Part shown: positions 41,251 to 53,200 of the stretch, one piece after another | How the letters are laid out: each line of letters starts with the position of its first letter | How positions within the stretch are numbered: position 1 is the stretch's first letter | NCBI GenBank assembly: GCA_012295275.1 | Contig: CM022675.1 | Location: 15,934,001-15,998,000, forward strand | Direction: 5' to 3' | Length of the DNA stretch: 64,000 bases | Origin: Chrysomallon squamiferum | Taxonomy: Eukaryota; Animalia; Mollusca | Notes under the pieces: generated by a model | Seen by the model: only the letters and a program-made list of their open reading frames with translations | What the model was told of the DNA's origin: nothing | Database searches by the model: none | Program-made: the position numbers and the translations under genes

Positions 41251-42164
41251 TCTATTATTCTGTTTTGAATTTATCTGAATTTCTCTCTCTTTCCCGTCTC
41301 TCTTGTATTGTTTTAAACCGATAGACAGAGATATAGATGTAATGATATGACTATTCATAAAGTAAGGTAGGTGCCAACTAGTGGGTGCTCCAAGACTTGG
41401 AGGGGCACTTCACGTAGAACATTCGTCATGGTTCGAATGCAGACGACATTAAATGATTAATTAACAAGTAATTTTTTAAAATAACTGTTTGTGTATTAGC
41501 TGGTGTAAGAAGCGTGACTAGAAATGAAAATAGTAAGTTATTAAACTGTGTTTAAAATGTCTGACCAAATACCTGCGCCGAAAAGGAAATGTTGGAGAAA
41601 ACTGGCGCCTTGTTTTCAGCAATACCAGCTGTGTGTGCACTACTGAAAAAGTAAGACAATTTAAAATTTGTAGTTATTTGAATTTCTTGCAGGTGAATCA
41701 GCGATACAGATTCTGACATACCTACATTTTAAGATTGCACCAATAATTCAAGTTCAGTGATTATTGTTCGCCGAAAAAAACCCATTAAACGAACGAAAGA
41801 CACAAACTGTATGTAAATACATTAATTCACCCAATTAACATGATTTCTTCATCAGTAGAAAGATCACGGAAACAAAAATAAAGTGATACCATATGTGGTG
41901 ATAATAATGGCAATTTAACATTCCGAAAATTCTTCTAATTGCGCAAACTCACCCCTCCTTTTACATTCGAGCATTAATGACGCCGGTACTGGAAGATAAA
42001 AAAAAATAAATAAATAAAATAAAATAAAAAAATAATATATATATACAAGAAGCCAATTCATAACGGAATATGTTATGCATACAGCATTCATGATCATGTA
42101 AAAAACAAGCAACAACAATGATTTGTTTACGTTCTAGACTGTTACATCAGATAATTTGATTAAA

Positions 42165-43040
42165 GTAGAAAAATGGTGGCCAGCAATGGATTTTGATGAT
42201 ATTTTGCACAAATAAAGTTAAATACCTAATTTACAGGCCACACTAGTTTTGAAAGATACCAAGACTCACGTTTTGTTTTTCATCTGGATGATTATGTAAA
42301 TGTATTTTTGATTGCAAGAATTTGAAAGTGAAGCAACAGAGAAATAGTGTATTAAGTTAGTTAACAAAAATTGGTTTTGGCAAACTTGGTAAATGGCAAA
42401 CTTTGTCACATATGTACAACTAGAAGATGTTTGTTGAGAGAAATGGAGAAATATAGGTAATGAGTTGAAAGTTGTCATACAGTGGAAACAACAGACACAG
42501 GTAATTATGAATGATAAGACAGATCAGTCTAGTTTGTGGATACAGTGCACAGTATATTCAAAATACACAAACAATTATAATTCATAACATTTCAGGATGG
42601 AATATAAAGATCAGCTTTTGAATGCTCAAAGTGTGGTCTTGTTCATTGGAGTTGTGCACATATACAAAAACAAAACCCTGAATAGAGAGTGTATTTGGTT
42701 AACATACAATTATTTGACATTCAGTCAGAAAAGCAAGGAACAATTTGATTGCATTGATTTTCATAAACAAAACTTGTTCCAGTAAAACTTGATACAAGTT
42801 CAGATATTAAAAATAGGAATCCATAGAAATGTTCAAAGCAGAAACCAAAACTAAACAGCAGTAATGTTCAGATAAAAGCTTTTGGTGTAAAATATATTCC
42901 TGTAAAATGTGAATGTATTCCAGAGGTTCATTACAATATCTTTGTAAAGCATTTTTCATCATCTGATGGAAAAGTAGGACTAGTTCTAGGCTGTAAATTA
43001 TCTGAAGTAATGGGCTGGTCAGATGAATACTGTCATCCGA
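42165..43040 (+). pseudogene. Heavily decayed coding relic with a PHD-finger-like segment (gene or transposon derived)
   Basis: After the ttcag acceptor at ~42595: ...AFECSKCGLVHWSCAHI..., resembling the C-x2-C-x4-H-x2-C core of a PHD finger. Upstream KWWPAM (42171) and ...LKVVIQWKQ followed by a GT donor (~42500). Many stops. Confidence 0.35.
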
Positions 43041-43307
43041 ATATAATTAATTTTTATTTGCCTTTGAATGCCACTTAGTGGCCGATTTTATTTTTATTTT
43101 AGGATAACATTAAAAAAATGCATATAAATAAATAAATAGTTGAAGAAAAAAGTTTAAAAATCTTACTAATGTTTTGTAACTTTTTTGGATAAAAAAACCA
43201 ACAACAAAAACAATGTAACTCAAAATTACAGTTGACTTGTAATTACTTTCAATATTAAGCTATTGCTAAATATTCCTACATTATTAATATTTGTTTTATT
43301 TTTTCAG

Positions 43308-43978
43308 ATTCGTTTGTAAACAGTCAGGAATGGACACTGAGTCGATCAGTTCCAGATTTGAAGTTGGTAAGTATTAACATTCAGACAACTGAATTAATAC
43401 ACAGCAAAAATTACTTACATAGATATTAATTGTTCATTACTGGTTAATTATAATTTGTTTACTGTTTAACTTCTTGATATGAAATAAGTTAAGTGCTGAA
43501 TGTTTATATCTCAAATATATCTTTTGATCCTGTTATTATTAAATCTTACACATTATGAATTTTCTGCTTGTTAATTCTTTAAGTTCATTTCAACTTTTAA
43601 GTGATAAATAATAAAAGACACATATTACATTTATACAGTTTTTCTGTTTAATATGATTTCAGATGTTTCATCTATTTTCTGCTGATACAAAATTTATCCA
43701 GTATTTTTCTAGTAATTTAAAAATAAATAAATTACAGCGGCAGAATTAAAAAAATTACATCTAGTTTTGTTTTAAACCTTTTATTATTATTATTATTTTT
43801 ATTCTTTTATTTATTTATTTAATTTATTTATTTATCTTATTTTTATTTTTTCACATGCTTGATGTAATTATAAAATTATTTTGTTTTCAGAGAATTCTGG
43901 GAAGTGTGCAGAGTGGAAAGTCTGCTTTGATTCATCGATACCTCACTGGCTCCTTCATGCAGGAGGAGTCACCTGAAC
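43308..43978 (+). pseudogene. AGAP1: Two exons of an AGAP / centaurin-gamma gene (start of the GTPase-like domain); probably an isolated duplicated fragment
   Basis: Exon 43308-43366 (D)SFVNSQEWTLSRSVPDLKL and exon 43891-43978 [29 protein letters not shown] are near-verbatim AGAP motifs with AG/GT boundaries. The conserved GI.G start reads RI.G and the base beginning the EGG Gly is C. No convincing upstream or downstream exons were found in the window. Confidence 0.85.
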
Positions 43979-44276
43979 GTTTTATATTTCCTTTCATTGA
44001 CTGACACATAGATACAGATTATTAAATATGTGTCATCAGCTTCTGTTTCACATCCTGTTCACATCTTCCATTTAGTACAGTTATACATTCTGAACAAATA
44101 ATCACAACTTAGTCTGCATTCATGTCTGGTTTCTGTGTGTGTGTGTGTGTTCATGTTTTAAAATTAAAGGAGAACAAACTAAAAAAGAATGAAATATATA
44201 AAAATAGTAAAGAAAAAGAGAATGTAGCTCTGGCTATAAAATCAGGAACTCAGTCTTTGTATTTTGTTTAGTCTCG

Positions 44277-44311
<35 letters not shown>

Positions 44312-46339
44312 TTTAAATTAAATAAATAAATAAATAATTTAATTTAATACACTGATGAATTGTCATAATTATAATTATTTTGTTAAGATCATTTATGGTG
44401 CTGTTAATCATGGATTTAGATTTCTTTAAATATTAATTTATAGAAGCAGGCACACCATAGTTACAATATGCTATTCAGATTACTTTTCATGAATTTTTTG
44501 CAGATCATTAGTTTTGTAAAAATATGTGGTTTATTCTCTACTAAATGAATTTGTAATAAATACTTTATGAATCTGACAGTAACATTCTTTTCAATATTAA
44601 CTTAGGGCATGAACTATTTTCCATCTTTTCCACCATACCACAGATACTTTATAATTTTTAATTTTTTTATATTTTTTTTATATTAACCATATCATTTTAA
44701 TTATTGGATTTTGATAATGACTCAGATCACTGAATATTTTTTAACTGCTGTTCAGTCTGTTCTCAGCTATGATTTAACTTCTACACAACTAAGCTGGTTT
44801 CATTAAATGGAAGCTATTTATTATTTAATTTTACAAGGCTTATATTTGTATATTTTCCCTCTAAAGTTACAAAAGGCACCAGGGACCCAGTCTTTATATT
44901 TAATTAATATTCTTAATGTATATTTTATTTTGTTATTTTATTTTAATAAATAATTTAAATATTTTATTTAATATACAGACAAAAACTACAAATAAAAACC
45001 TAACAAAAACATTTTAAACATTTTAAGAAAGAAAATGTTTGTTAGTATTCAGAGTGAAGTAATGTTGTTCCTCACAGTAAATACAAAGTGTGCCTAGATA
45101 GTTTAAACTGAAGGTTTGTTACAGGAAAACACAGTCATGTTTCTTACCACCAGACTCACTCCTGTTACCAAAAACATTAAATGTAATGTGGTTATCAAAC
45201 TGTGGGTTAGCTTCTAAAGTACCTCTATCATCAAATTCATTATCACAAAACCCATTATTTCCTTCAGCTTCCCTGCTGGAATGAAAGCGAAATAGTGAAA
45301 AGAGGGGTTTTCGTTAAAGAGAAAATTATTTAAGACGGTAAAGAAAAAATCCATTCTACTTATTTATATTAGAAGAACGTAATTGTTGACATTTTTGTTT
45401 TATCTAAATAGAATTGTTTTTCTAAGATTAATTTCATTGTTTCAATTCACCTCACTTAATAGTTATTCTAGTTAGTACTTGGTACAAATATATATTTATT
45501 CTACTCAGCATTCCAAGTTAATTTATGCTTATTATAGTAGACATTCAGGGTAAAGTTGTACTTATTCTAGTCAGCATTACTGGTAAATTTATACTTCTTA
45601 ATCTGGTTGGCACCCACAGTAATATCAACACTTCTTAAAAGTGTCAGAATTCAGATTTATGATTATATTTCTTATATCTAAATGTTTTATAATTCAGTGT
45701 TATTTGTAGCCACTGGTTTCATTATTTCTGTCACACCTCGTTACGTAAAACTTGGCTAGTTTGATGATGTTTTTTTTTTTTAGACATATAAGAAGATTGA
45801 AGAAATGTAAAAATATTTTTTTAAAAGTGTTCACTAAAGGTAAATACAAATTGACACAAAATTTAGAGGCTTATTATAAATGTGATTCATGGATGTCAAG
45901 CAACAGTCAGATGTTTTTCATGACTGTTGCACGTTAACATTTTCAGGTTTAAATGGAATGAAGAATACAGCAGACAGTTACTTTTTTCTCATAATTAATT
46001 TGCTTCTCATAACGTTTTTCTGCTCTGAAAACAGTGTTATAACATTATTTTTTCTCAGTCCAAAAAGGCTGACTGCTGTTCCACAAAATTATAATTGGAT
46101 TCTGATACTGTTATGACTTTTGTATTAATTTGCTTGAATAATAGCTTTGCAACCTCATTTTTGAGCAGTTCGGACACACTGTTCATATTTGGAAAAGGAC
46201 GAACTTTACTGACTTTGTTCAAAGATATTTTCAGTTTTTCTATTAAAGAACATCAGATTTTAACCTAAACAAAGGTATCGAAATAATTCTTTTCATAATG
46301 TGATGAACTATATATATCTATATATATCTAATTTCAGCC

Positions 46340-49300
46340 TGATGTAGCTCCAGGGACGACAACTGACAACAATATCCTCCAAAACACATCCAGTTGTGAC
46401 CCTCAAATTATTTTCAACATTATCATAATACTCGTAATAAAATTTAAACAGCCTTCACTCAAAGCCTAACCATAACCATAACCCTAACTCTAGCTCAACT
46501 TCTAAACATAATCTTTTGCAAGTCCACAACATAAATTCTTACCTAAACGATGCTTCCAATTGTTACCCTCAAATTATTTTGGACATTATCATAACACTAT
46601 TAATAAAATTTAGACAACACTAGCTCTAAGGCTAAACCCAACCCTAACCCTAACCCTAACCCTAACCCTAACCCTAACCCTAACCCTAACCCTAACCCTA
46701 ACCCTAACCCTAACCCTAACCCTAACCCTAACCCCAACCCTATCCCTATATCTAACCCTATCCCTAACCCTAACCCTAACACTAACCTAGTCTCAAGTTC
46801 TAAACCTAATCCAACGCAAGTCCCCCAACATTAATTCCTACCCTAACGCTACATCTAATCGTAACTCTCAAACTATTTTGGACATTATTATAATAATCAT
46901 AATAAATTTAGATACCCATAACCTCGAATCTAAAATTCGGAACCTAATCCTGCGAAAGTACCGAATATTAATTCTTACCCTAACGTTACTTCCATTCGTG
47001 ACACTCAAATTATTTTGGACATAATCACAACACTCGTAATTAAAATATACATAACACTAACCCTCAACCTAACTCCAACCCGGACCATAACACAAACCCT
47101 AACCCTAACCCAATCTCAACTCCTAAACCTAATCCTACATAAGTCCCCAACTCGTAATAACACTGCTTATAAAATTAAATGACCCTAGCTCAAAGTAGGC
47201 TGACCCTAACCCTGAACCTAACCCTGAACCTAACCCTGAACCTAACCCTGAACCTAACCCTGAACCTAACACTAATCGAATCTCAACATTAATTCTTACA
47301 GTAAGGCAACTTGTAATCGTCACACACAAATATTTTGGACATTTTGAGAAAACTCGTAATAAAATCTAGATAACCTTAGCTCTAAGGCTAACACTAAACC
47401 AAACCTTCACACTGAAACTAGCTCAGCTTCTTAAACTAATCCTACACAAGTCCGCAGCATTAATTATTTTACTATGGTTACTTGTAATCGTGACAATAAT
47501 ATTATTTCTGACGTAATCATAACACGCAACAAAATTCAAATAAGCCTAGCTCAAAGGCTGACCCTAACCTTAACCCTAACACTAATCGAATCTCAAATTC
47601 TAAACCTAATCCTACGCAAAGCCCCAACATTAATTCTTACTCTAACGCTACTTATAACAGGCACACTAAATCATTTCGGAAATAATGAGAACACTCGTAA
47701 TAAAATTTAGATAACCATGGCTCTAAGACTAACCCTAACCCTAACCCTAACCCTAACCCTAACCCTAACCCTAACCCTAACCCAAACCCTAGCCAAACTT
47801 CTAAAACTAATCCTACACTAGTCCGCTACATTAATTCTTGTACTAAGGCTACTTGTAATTGTCACACTCATATTATATCTGAGATAAACATCACACTTGT
47901 AATAATATTTACATAACCCTATATCTAAGGCTAACCCTAACCCTAACCCTAACCCTAACCCTAACCCAGCACAGCTCCTAAAACAAATTCTAGACTAGTC
48001 CGCAACATTAATTCTTGTACTAAAGCTACTTGTAATCAAGACCCTCATATTATTTCTGACATAAACATAACACTAGTAATAAAATTCAGATAACTCTAGC
48101 TCTAAGGTTAACCCAAACCCTAACACTAACCCTAACCCTAACTCTAACCCTAACTCTAGCTCAGCTTCTAAAACAAATCCTACAGTAGTCATTAACTTTA
48201 ATTCTTATGTTAAGACTACTTGTAATAGTGACTCTCATATTATTTCCGACACAATCATCACAGTTGTAATAAAATATAGAGACCCTATCTCAACGGCTAA
48301 CCCTAAACCTAACCTCAACACTAACCCTAACCCTAGTTCAGCTTGTAAAACAAATTGTAGACTAATCCGCAATATTATTTCTTATACTAAGGCTAGTTAA
48401 AATCAAGACGCTCATGTTATTTCTCACATAAAGGTAACACTCGTAATAAAATATAGATAACACTGTCTCTAAGGCTAACACTAACCCTAACCCTAACCCT
48501 AACCCTATCTCAGCTTACAAAACAAATCCTAGAGTAGTCAGTAACATTAATTCTCGAACTAAGGATACTTGTAATTGTCACACTCATATTAAATCTGAGG
48601 TAAAGACCACACATGTAATAAAATTTGGATAAGCCTATCTCTAAGGTTAACCCTAACCCTAAACCTAACTCTAACTCTAGCTCATCTTCTAAACCATATT
48701 CTAGGCTAGTCTTGTAATAAAATTTCTTATTCAAAAACCATATTCTAGGATTCTCATATTATTTCAGACATAGTCTTGTAATAAAATATATATACCCTAC
48801 ATGAAAGTCCAACCCTAACCCTAACCCTAACCTTAACTGTAACCCTAACCCTAGCTCAGCTTCTAAAACAAATCTTAGACTAGTCCGTAACGTTAATTAT
48901 TGTACTCAGGTTACCTGTAATTATCACACTCATATCTGAGAGAAATATCACACCTGTAATAAAATATATACACCCTAGCACAAACACTAACCCTAACCCT
49001 AATCCTAACCTAACACTGACCCTAACTCTATTTCAGCGTCTAAAATATATTCTAGACTAGTCCGCGAATGAATTCTTATACTAAGGCTACTTGTAATCAA
49101 GACCCTCATATTATTTCTAACATAAACATAACACTCGTAATAAAATTTAGATAACTCAAGCTCTAAGGCTAACCCTAACCCTAACCCTAACCCTAGCTGA
49201 GCTTCTAAAACTAACACAACGCTAGATCGCAACATTAATTCTTATACTAAAGCTACTTGTAATCGAGACCCCCATATTATTTCTAACATAAACATAACAG

Positions 49301-50250
49301 TCGTAATAACATTCAGATAACTCTAGATCTAAGGCTAACCCTAACCCTAACCGTAACACTAACCCTAACCCTAACCGTAACACTAACCCTAGCTGAGCTT
49401 CTAAAACAAATCCAACACTAGTCCGCAACATTAATTATTTTACAAAGGCTACTTGTGATATTGACCCTCATATTGTTTATGACATAATCATCACAGTTAT
49501 AATAAAATGTTGATAATCCTAGCTATAAGGATAATCCTAACCCTAACCCTATCTCCAACCCTAAAGATAACCCTAGCTCAGCTTTAAAAACTAAACCAAA
49601 ACTAGTTTGCAACATTAATTCTTGTACTAAGGCTATTTCTAATCTAGACCGTCATATTATTTCTGACATAAACATAACACTCGCAATAAAATTCAGATAA
49701 CCATAGATCTAAGGCTAACCCTAACCCAAACCCTAACCCAAACCCAAACCCAAACCCAAACACAAACACAAACCCAAACCCAAACCCTAACCCTAACACT
49801 AACCCTAACCCTAACCCTAACGCTAACCCTAGCTCAGCTTCTAAAACAAATCCTACACTAGTCCGGAACTTTAATTCTTATATTAAGACTACTTGTAATC
49901 GTCACTTTCATATTATTTCCGACATAATCATAACACTTGTAAAAATATATATATATACTCTAGCTCAAAGGCTAACCCTAACACTAACATTAACCCTAAC
50001 CCTAACCCTAACACTAACCCTAACCCTAGCTCAGCTTCTAAAACTAATCCAACACTTGATCGAAACATTAATTCTTATAATAAGGCTACTTGTAATCAAG
50101 ACACTCATTATTTCTAACATAAACATAACAGTCGTAATAAAATCTAGATAACCTTAGCTCTAAGGCTAACACTAACCCAAACCCTAACCGGAACCCCAAC
50201 ACTTCGCCTAACCCTACGGATAACCTAGCTCAGCTTTAAAAACGTACCAT
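46340..50250 (+). repeat. Composite telomeric-like satellite: ~21 units of a ~140-bp spacer plus a variable (CCCTAA)n tract
   Basis: Spacer consensus AGCTCAGCTTCTAAAACAAATCCTACACTAGTCCGCAACATTAATTCTTATACTAAGGCTACTTGTAATCGTGACCCTCATATTATTTCTGACATAATCATAACACTCGTAATAAAATTTAGATAACCCTAGCTCTAAGGCT. Hexamer tracts at ~46631-46787, 47200-47270, 47729-47790, 47930, 48108, 48297, 48474, 48647, 48811, 48985, 49169, 49335, 49532, 49714-49830, 49972 and 50166. Confidence 0.95.
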
Positions 50251-50254
50251 GACA

Positions 50255-53200
50255 AATACCTAAGTAAGAAAGAAAGTAAGTAAGTAACTAAATAATTAAC
50301 TAAGTAAGCAAGAAAGCAAGTAAGTACGTAAATAATTACCTAAGTAACTAGAAAGAATGTAATTATGTAAATAATTACCTAAGTAAGAAAGAAATGTAGT
50401 AAGTCCATACATAATTAAGTAACTAAGGAATGAAGCCAGTACGTACGTAAATAATTACCTAAGTAAAAGAGAATGTAAGTAAGTACATAAATACTTAACT
50501 AAGTAAGCAAGAAAGCAAATAAGTACATCAATAATTACCTTAGTAAGTTAGAAAGTAAGTACATTAGTAATTACCTAAGTAAGAAGGAAAGTAACAACAT
50601 AAATAATTGGCTAAGAAAGTGAGATAATAAAGAACCTAAGGAAGAGAGTAAGTAAATATTAACATAAGTAAGTAAATGAGAATGTAAGTAATTACATTAA
50701 CAATTACAATTATCTAAGAAGAAGGACAAAGTTCGTAAAGTTCGTAAAAAAGAAGCAATTAACTAAGTAAGTGAGAAAGTGAAAAAGTAATTAAAATGTA
50801 TTAATTAACATTTATCTAAGGAAGAAGGACATTATGTGAGTTCGTAAATAATGACCTAAGTCAGCAAGGAAACAAGTAACTAAGAAAGCTAGTATGTAAG
50901 TAAGCACATTAACAATTATCTTAGTAAGAAAGTAAGGAAGTACGTAAATAATGACCTAAGTAAGCAAGGAAGCAAGTAACTAAGTAACAAAGTATTGAAG
51001 AAACTAAACTAATAATTATGTATGTTAGAAAGTACATAAATAATAACCTAAGTTAGCTAGGAAGGCATTAAGGAAATATTAACCTAAGTAAGTGAGAATG
51101 TAACTAAGAACATTAACAATTATCTAAGGAAGAAGGACATTATGTGAGTTCGTAAATAATGACCTAAGTCAGCAAGGAAACAAGTAACTAAGAAAGTGAG
51201 AATGCAAGTAAGCACATTAACAATTATATAAGTAAGAAACTAAGGAAGTACGTAAATAACGACCTAAGTAAGCAAGGAAGCAAGTAACTAAGTAAGTGCG
51301 AATGTAAGTACTTAAATTAAATATGATCTAAGTAAGAGCTAATTAAGTTCGTGAATAATGACCTAATTAAGGAAGGAAGCAAGTAACTAACAACGTGAGA
51401 ATGTAAGTAAGTACATTAACAATTATCTAAGTAAGCAGGACAGTATATGATTTCGTAAACAATGACCTAAGTAACCAAGGAAGCAAGTAACTAATTAAGT
51501 GAGAATACAAGTAAGCACATTAACAATTGTCTAAGTAGGAGAGAAATTAAGGACGTAAATAATGACATAAGTAAGCAAGTAAGTAACTAACTGAGAATTC
51601 AAGTAATTACATTAACAATTATCTAAGTATGTAAGTACGTAAACAATGACCTATGTGAGCAAGGAAGCAAGTAACTAAGTAAGTGAAAATGTAATTAAGT
51701 ATATTAACAATTATCTAGGTAAGAAGGACAGTATGTGAGTTCGTAAATAATGACATAAGGAAGCAAGGAAGCGAATAAGAAGGTAAATAGTAACCTAAGT
51801 AAGTAAGTGAGAATGTAAGTTAGTACATTATTAACAATTATCTAAGTAAGAAAGATAGTAAGTAAGTACGTAAATAATGACCTAAGTAAGCAAGGAAGCA
51901 AGAAACTAAGTAACTGAGTATTGAAATAATTACATTAACAATTTTCTAAGGAAGAAAGTACATAAATAAGAACCTAAGTTACCTAGGAAGGAAGAAGTAA
52001 ACAATTAACTAAGTAAGTGTGAGAAGAAAGTAAGTAAACATTAACAATTAACAATTATCTAAGAAATCTAAAGAAAAAAAGTAAGTAAAGGAACGTAAAT
52101 AATGACCTAAGTAAGCAAGGAAGCAAGAAACTAAGAAACTGAGAATGAAATAATTACATTAACAATTATCTAATTATCTAAGAAAAGGAAGAAAGGACAG
52201 TATGTGAGTTCGTAAATAATGACCTAAGTAAGGAAGGAAACAAGTAACTACGAAAGTGAGAATGTAAGTAAGCACATTAACAATTATCTAAGTAAGAAAG
52301 TAAGGAAGTACGTAAATAATGACCTAAGTAAGCAAGGAAGCAAGTAACTAAGTAAGTGAGAAATGTAAGTAAGTACATTAACAATTATCTAAGGAAGAAG
52401 GACATTATGTGAGTTCGTAAATAATGACCTAAGTAAGCAAGGAAGCAATTAACTAAGTAAGTGAGAATGAAAGTAAGTACATTAACAATTATCTAAGTAA
52501 GAAAAATAGTGGCAAGTACGTAAATAATGACCTAAGTAAGCAAGGAAGCAAGAAACTAAGTAACTGAGGATTTGAAATAATTACATTAACAATTATCTAA
52601 GGAAGAAAGTACATAAATAAGAAAATAAGAACCTAGGAAGCGAGTAAGTAAATATTAACCTAAGTAAGTGAGAATGTAAGTAAGTACATTAACAATTATC
52701 TAAGGAAGAAGGACATTATGTGAGTTCGTAAATAATGACCTAAGTCAGGAAGGAAACAAGTAACTAAGAAAGTGAGAATGTAAGTAAGCACATTAACAAT
52801 TATCTAAGTAAGAAAGTAAGGAAGTACGTAAATAATGACCTAAGTAAGCAAGGAAGCAATTAACTAAGTAAGTGAGAATGTAAGTAAGTACATTAACAAT
52901 TATCTAAGGAAGAAGGACATTATGTGAGTTCGTAAATAATGACCTAAGTCAGCAAGGAAACAAGTAACTAAGAAAGTGAGAATGTAAGTAAGCACATTAA
53001 CAATTATCTAAGTAACAATCTTAAAGTAAATAAATAATGAAAGTAACCTAAAAAATAAGTAAAACAAGAAATAAGTAAGTGAAGTAAGAATGGAAGAAGT
53101 ACATTAACAATTATCTAAGGAAGAAACATTAAGTAAGTTCGTAAATAATGACCTAAAGGAAAGAAAAGGAAAAAGTAATAAGTGAGAATTAAGTAAGTAA

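Noticed and set aside
45300-45380. Possible next AGAP exon (loosely GGRFKKEIVIDGQSYLLLIR-like)
   Set aside because: Needs several frameshifts, has a stop and no good acceptor; the resemblance could be chance.
46600-49431. LG-repeat ORFs (LGLGLG...) and LT-repeat ORFs
   Set aside because: Translations of (TTAGGG)n/(CCCTAA)n tracts; not genes.
46340-50250. Spacer as a retro-copied telomerase RNA fragment (CTAACCCTAA template-like junction)
   Set aside because: No pseudoknot, CR4/5 or H/ACA features are evident, and the spacer's hexamer register is better explained as degenerate telomeric DNA. It could be retested by BLAST against the species' telomerase RNA.
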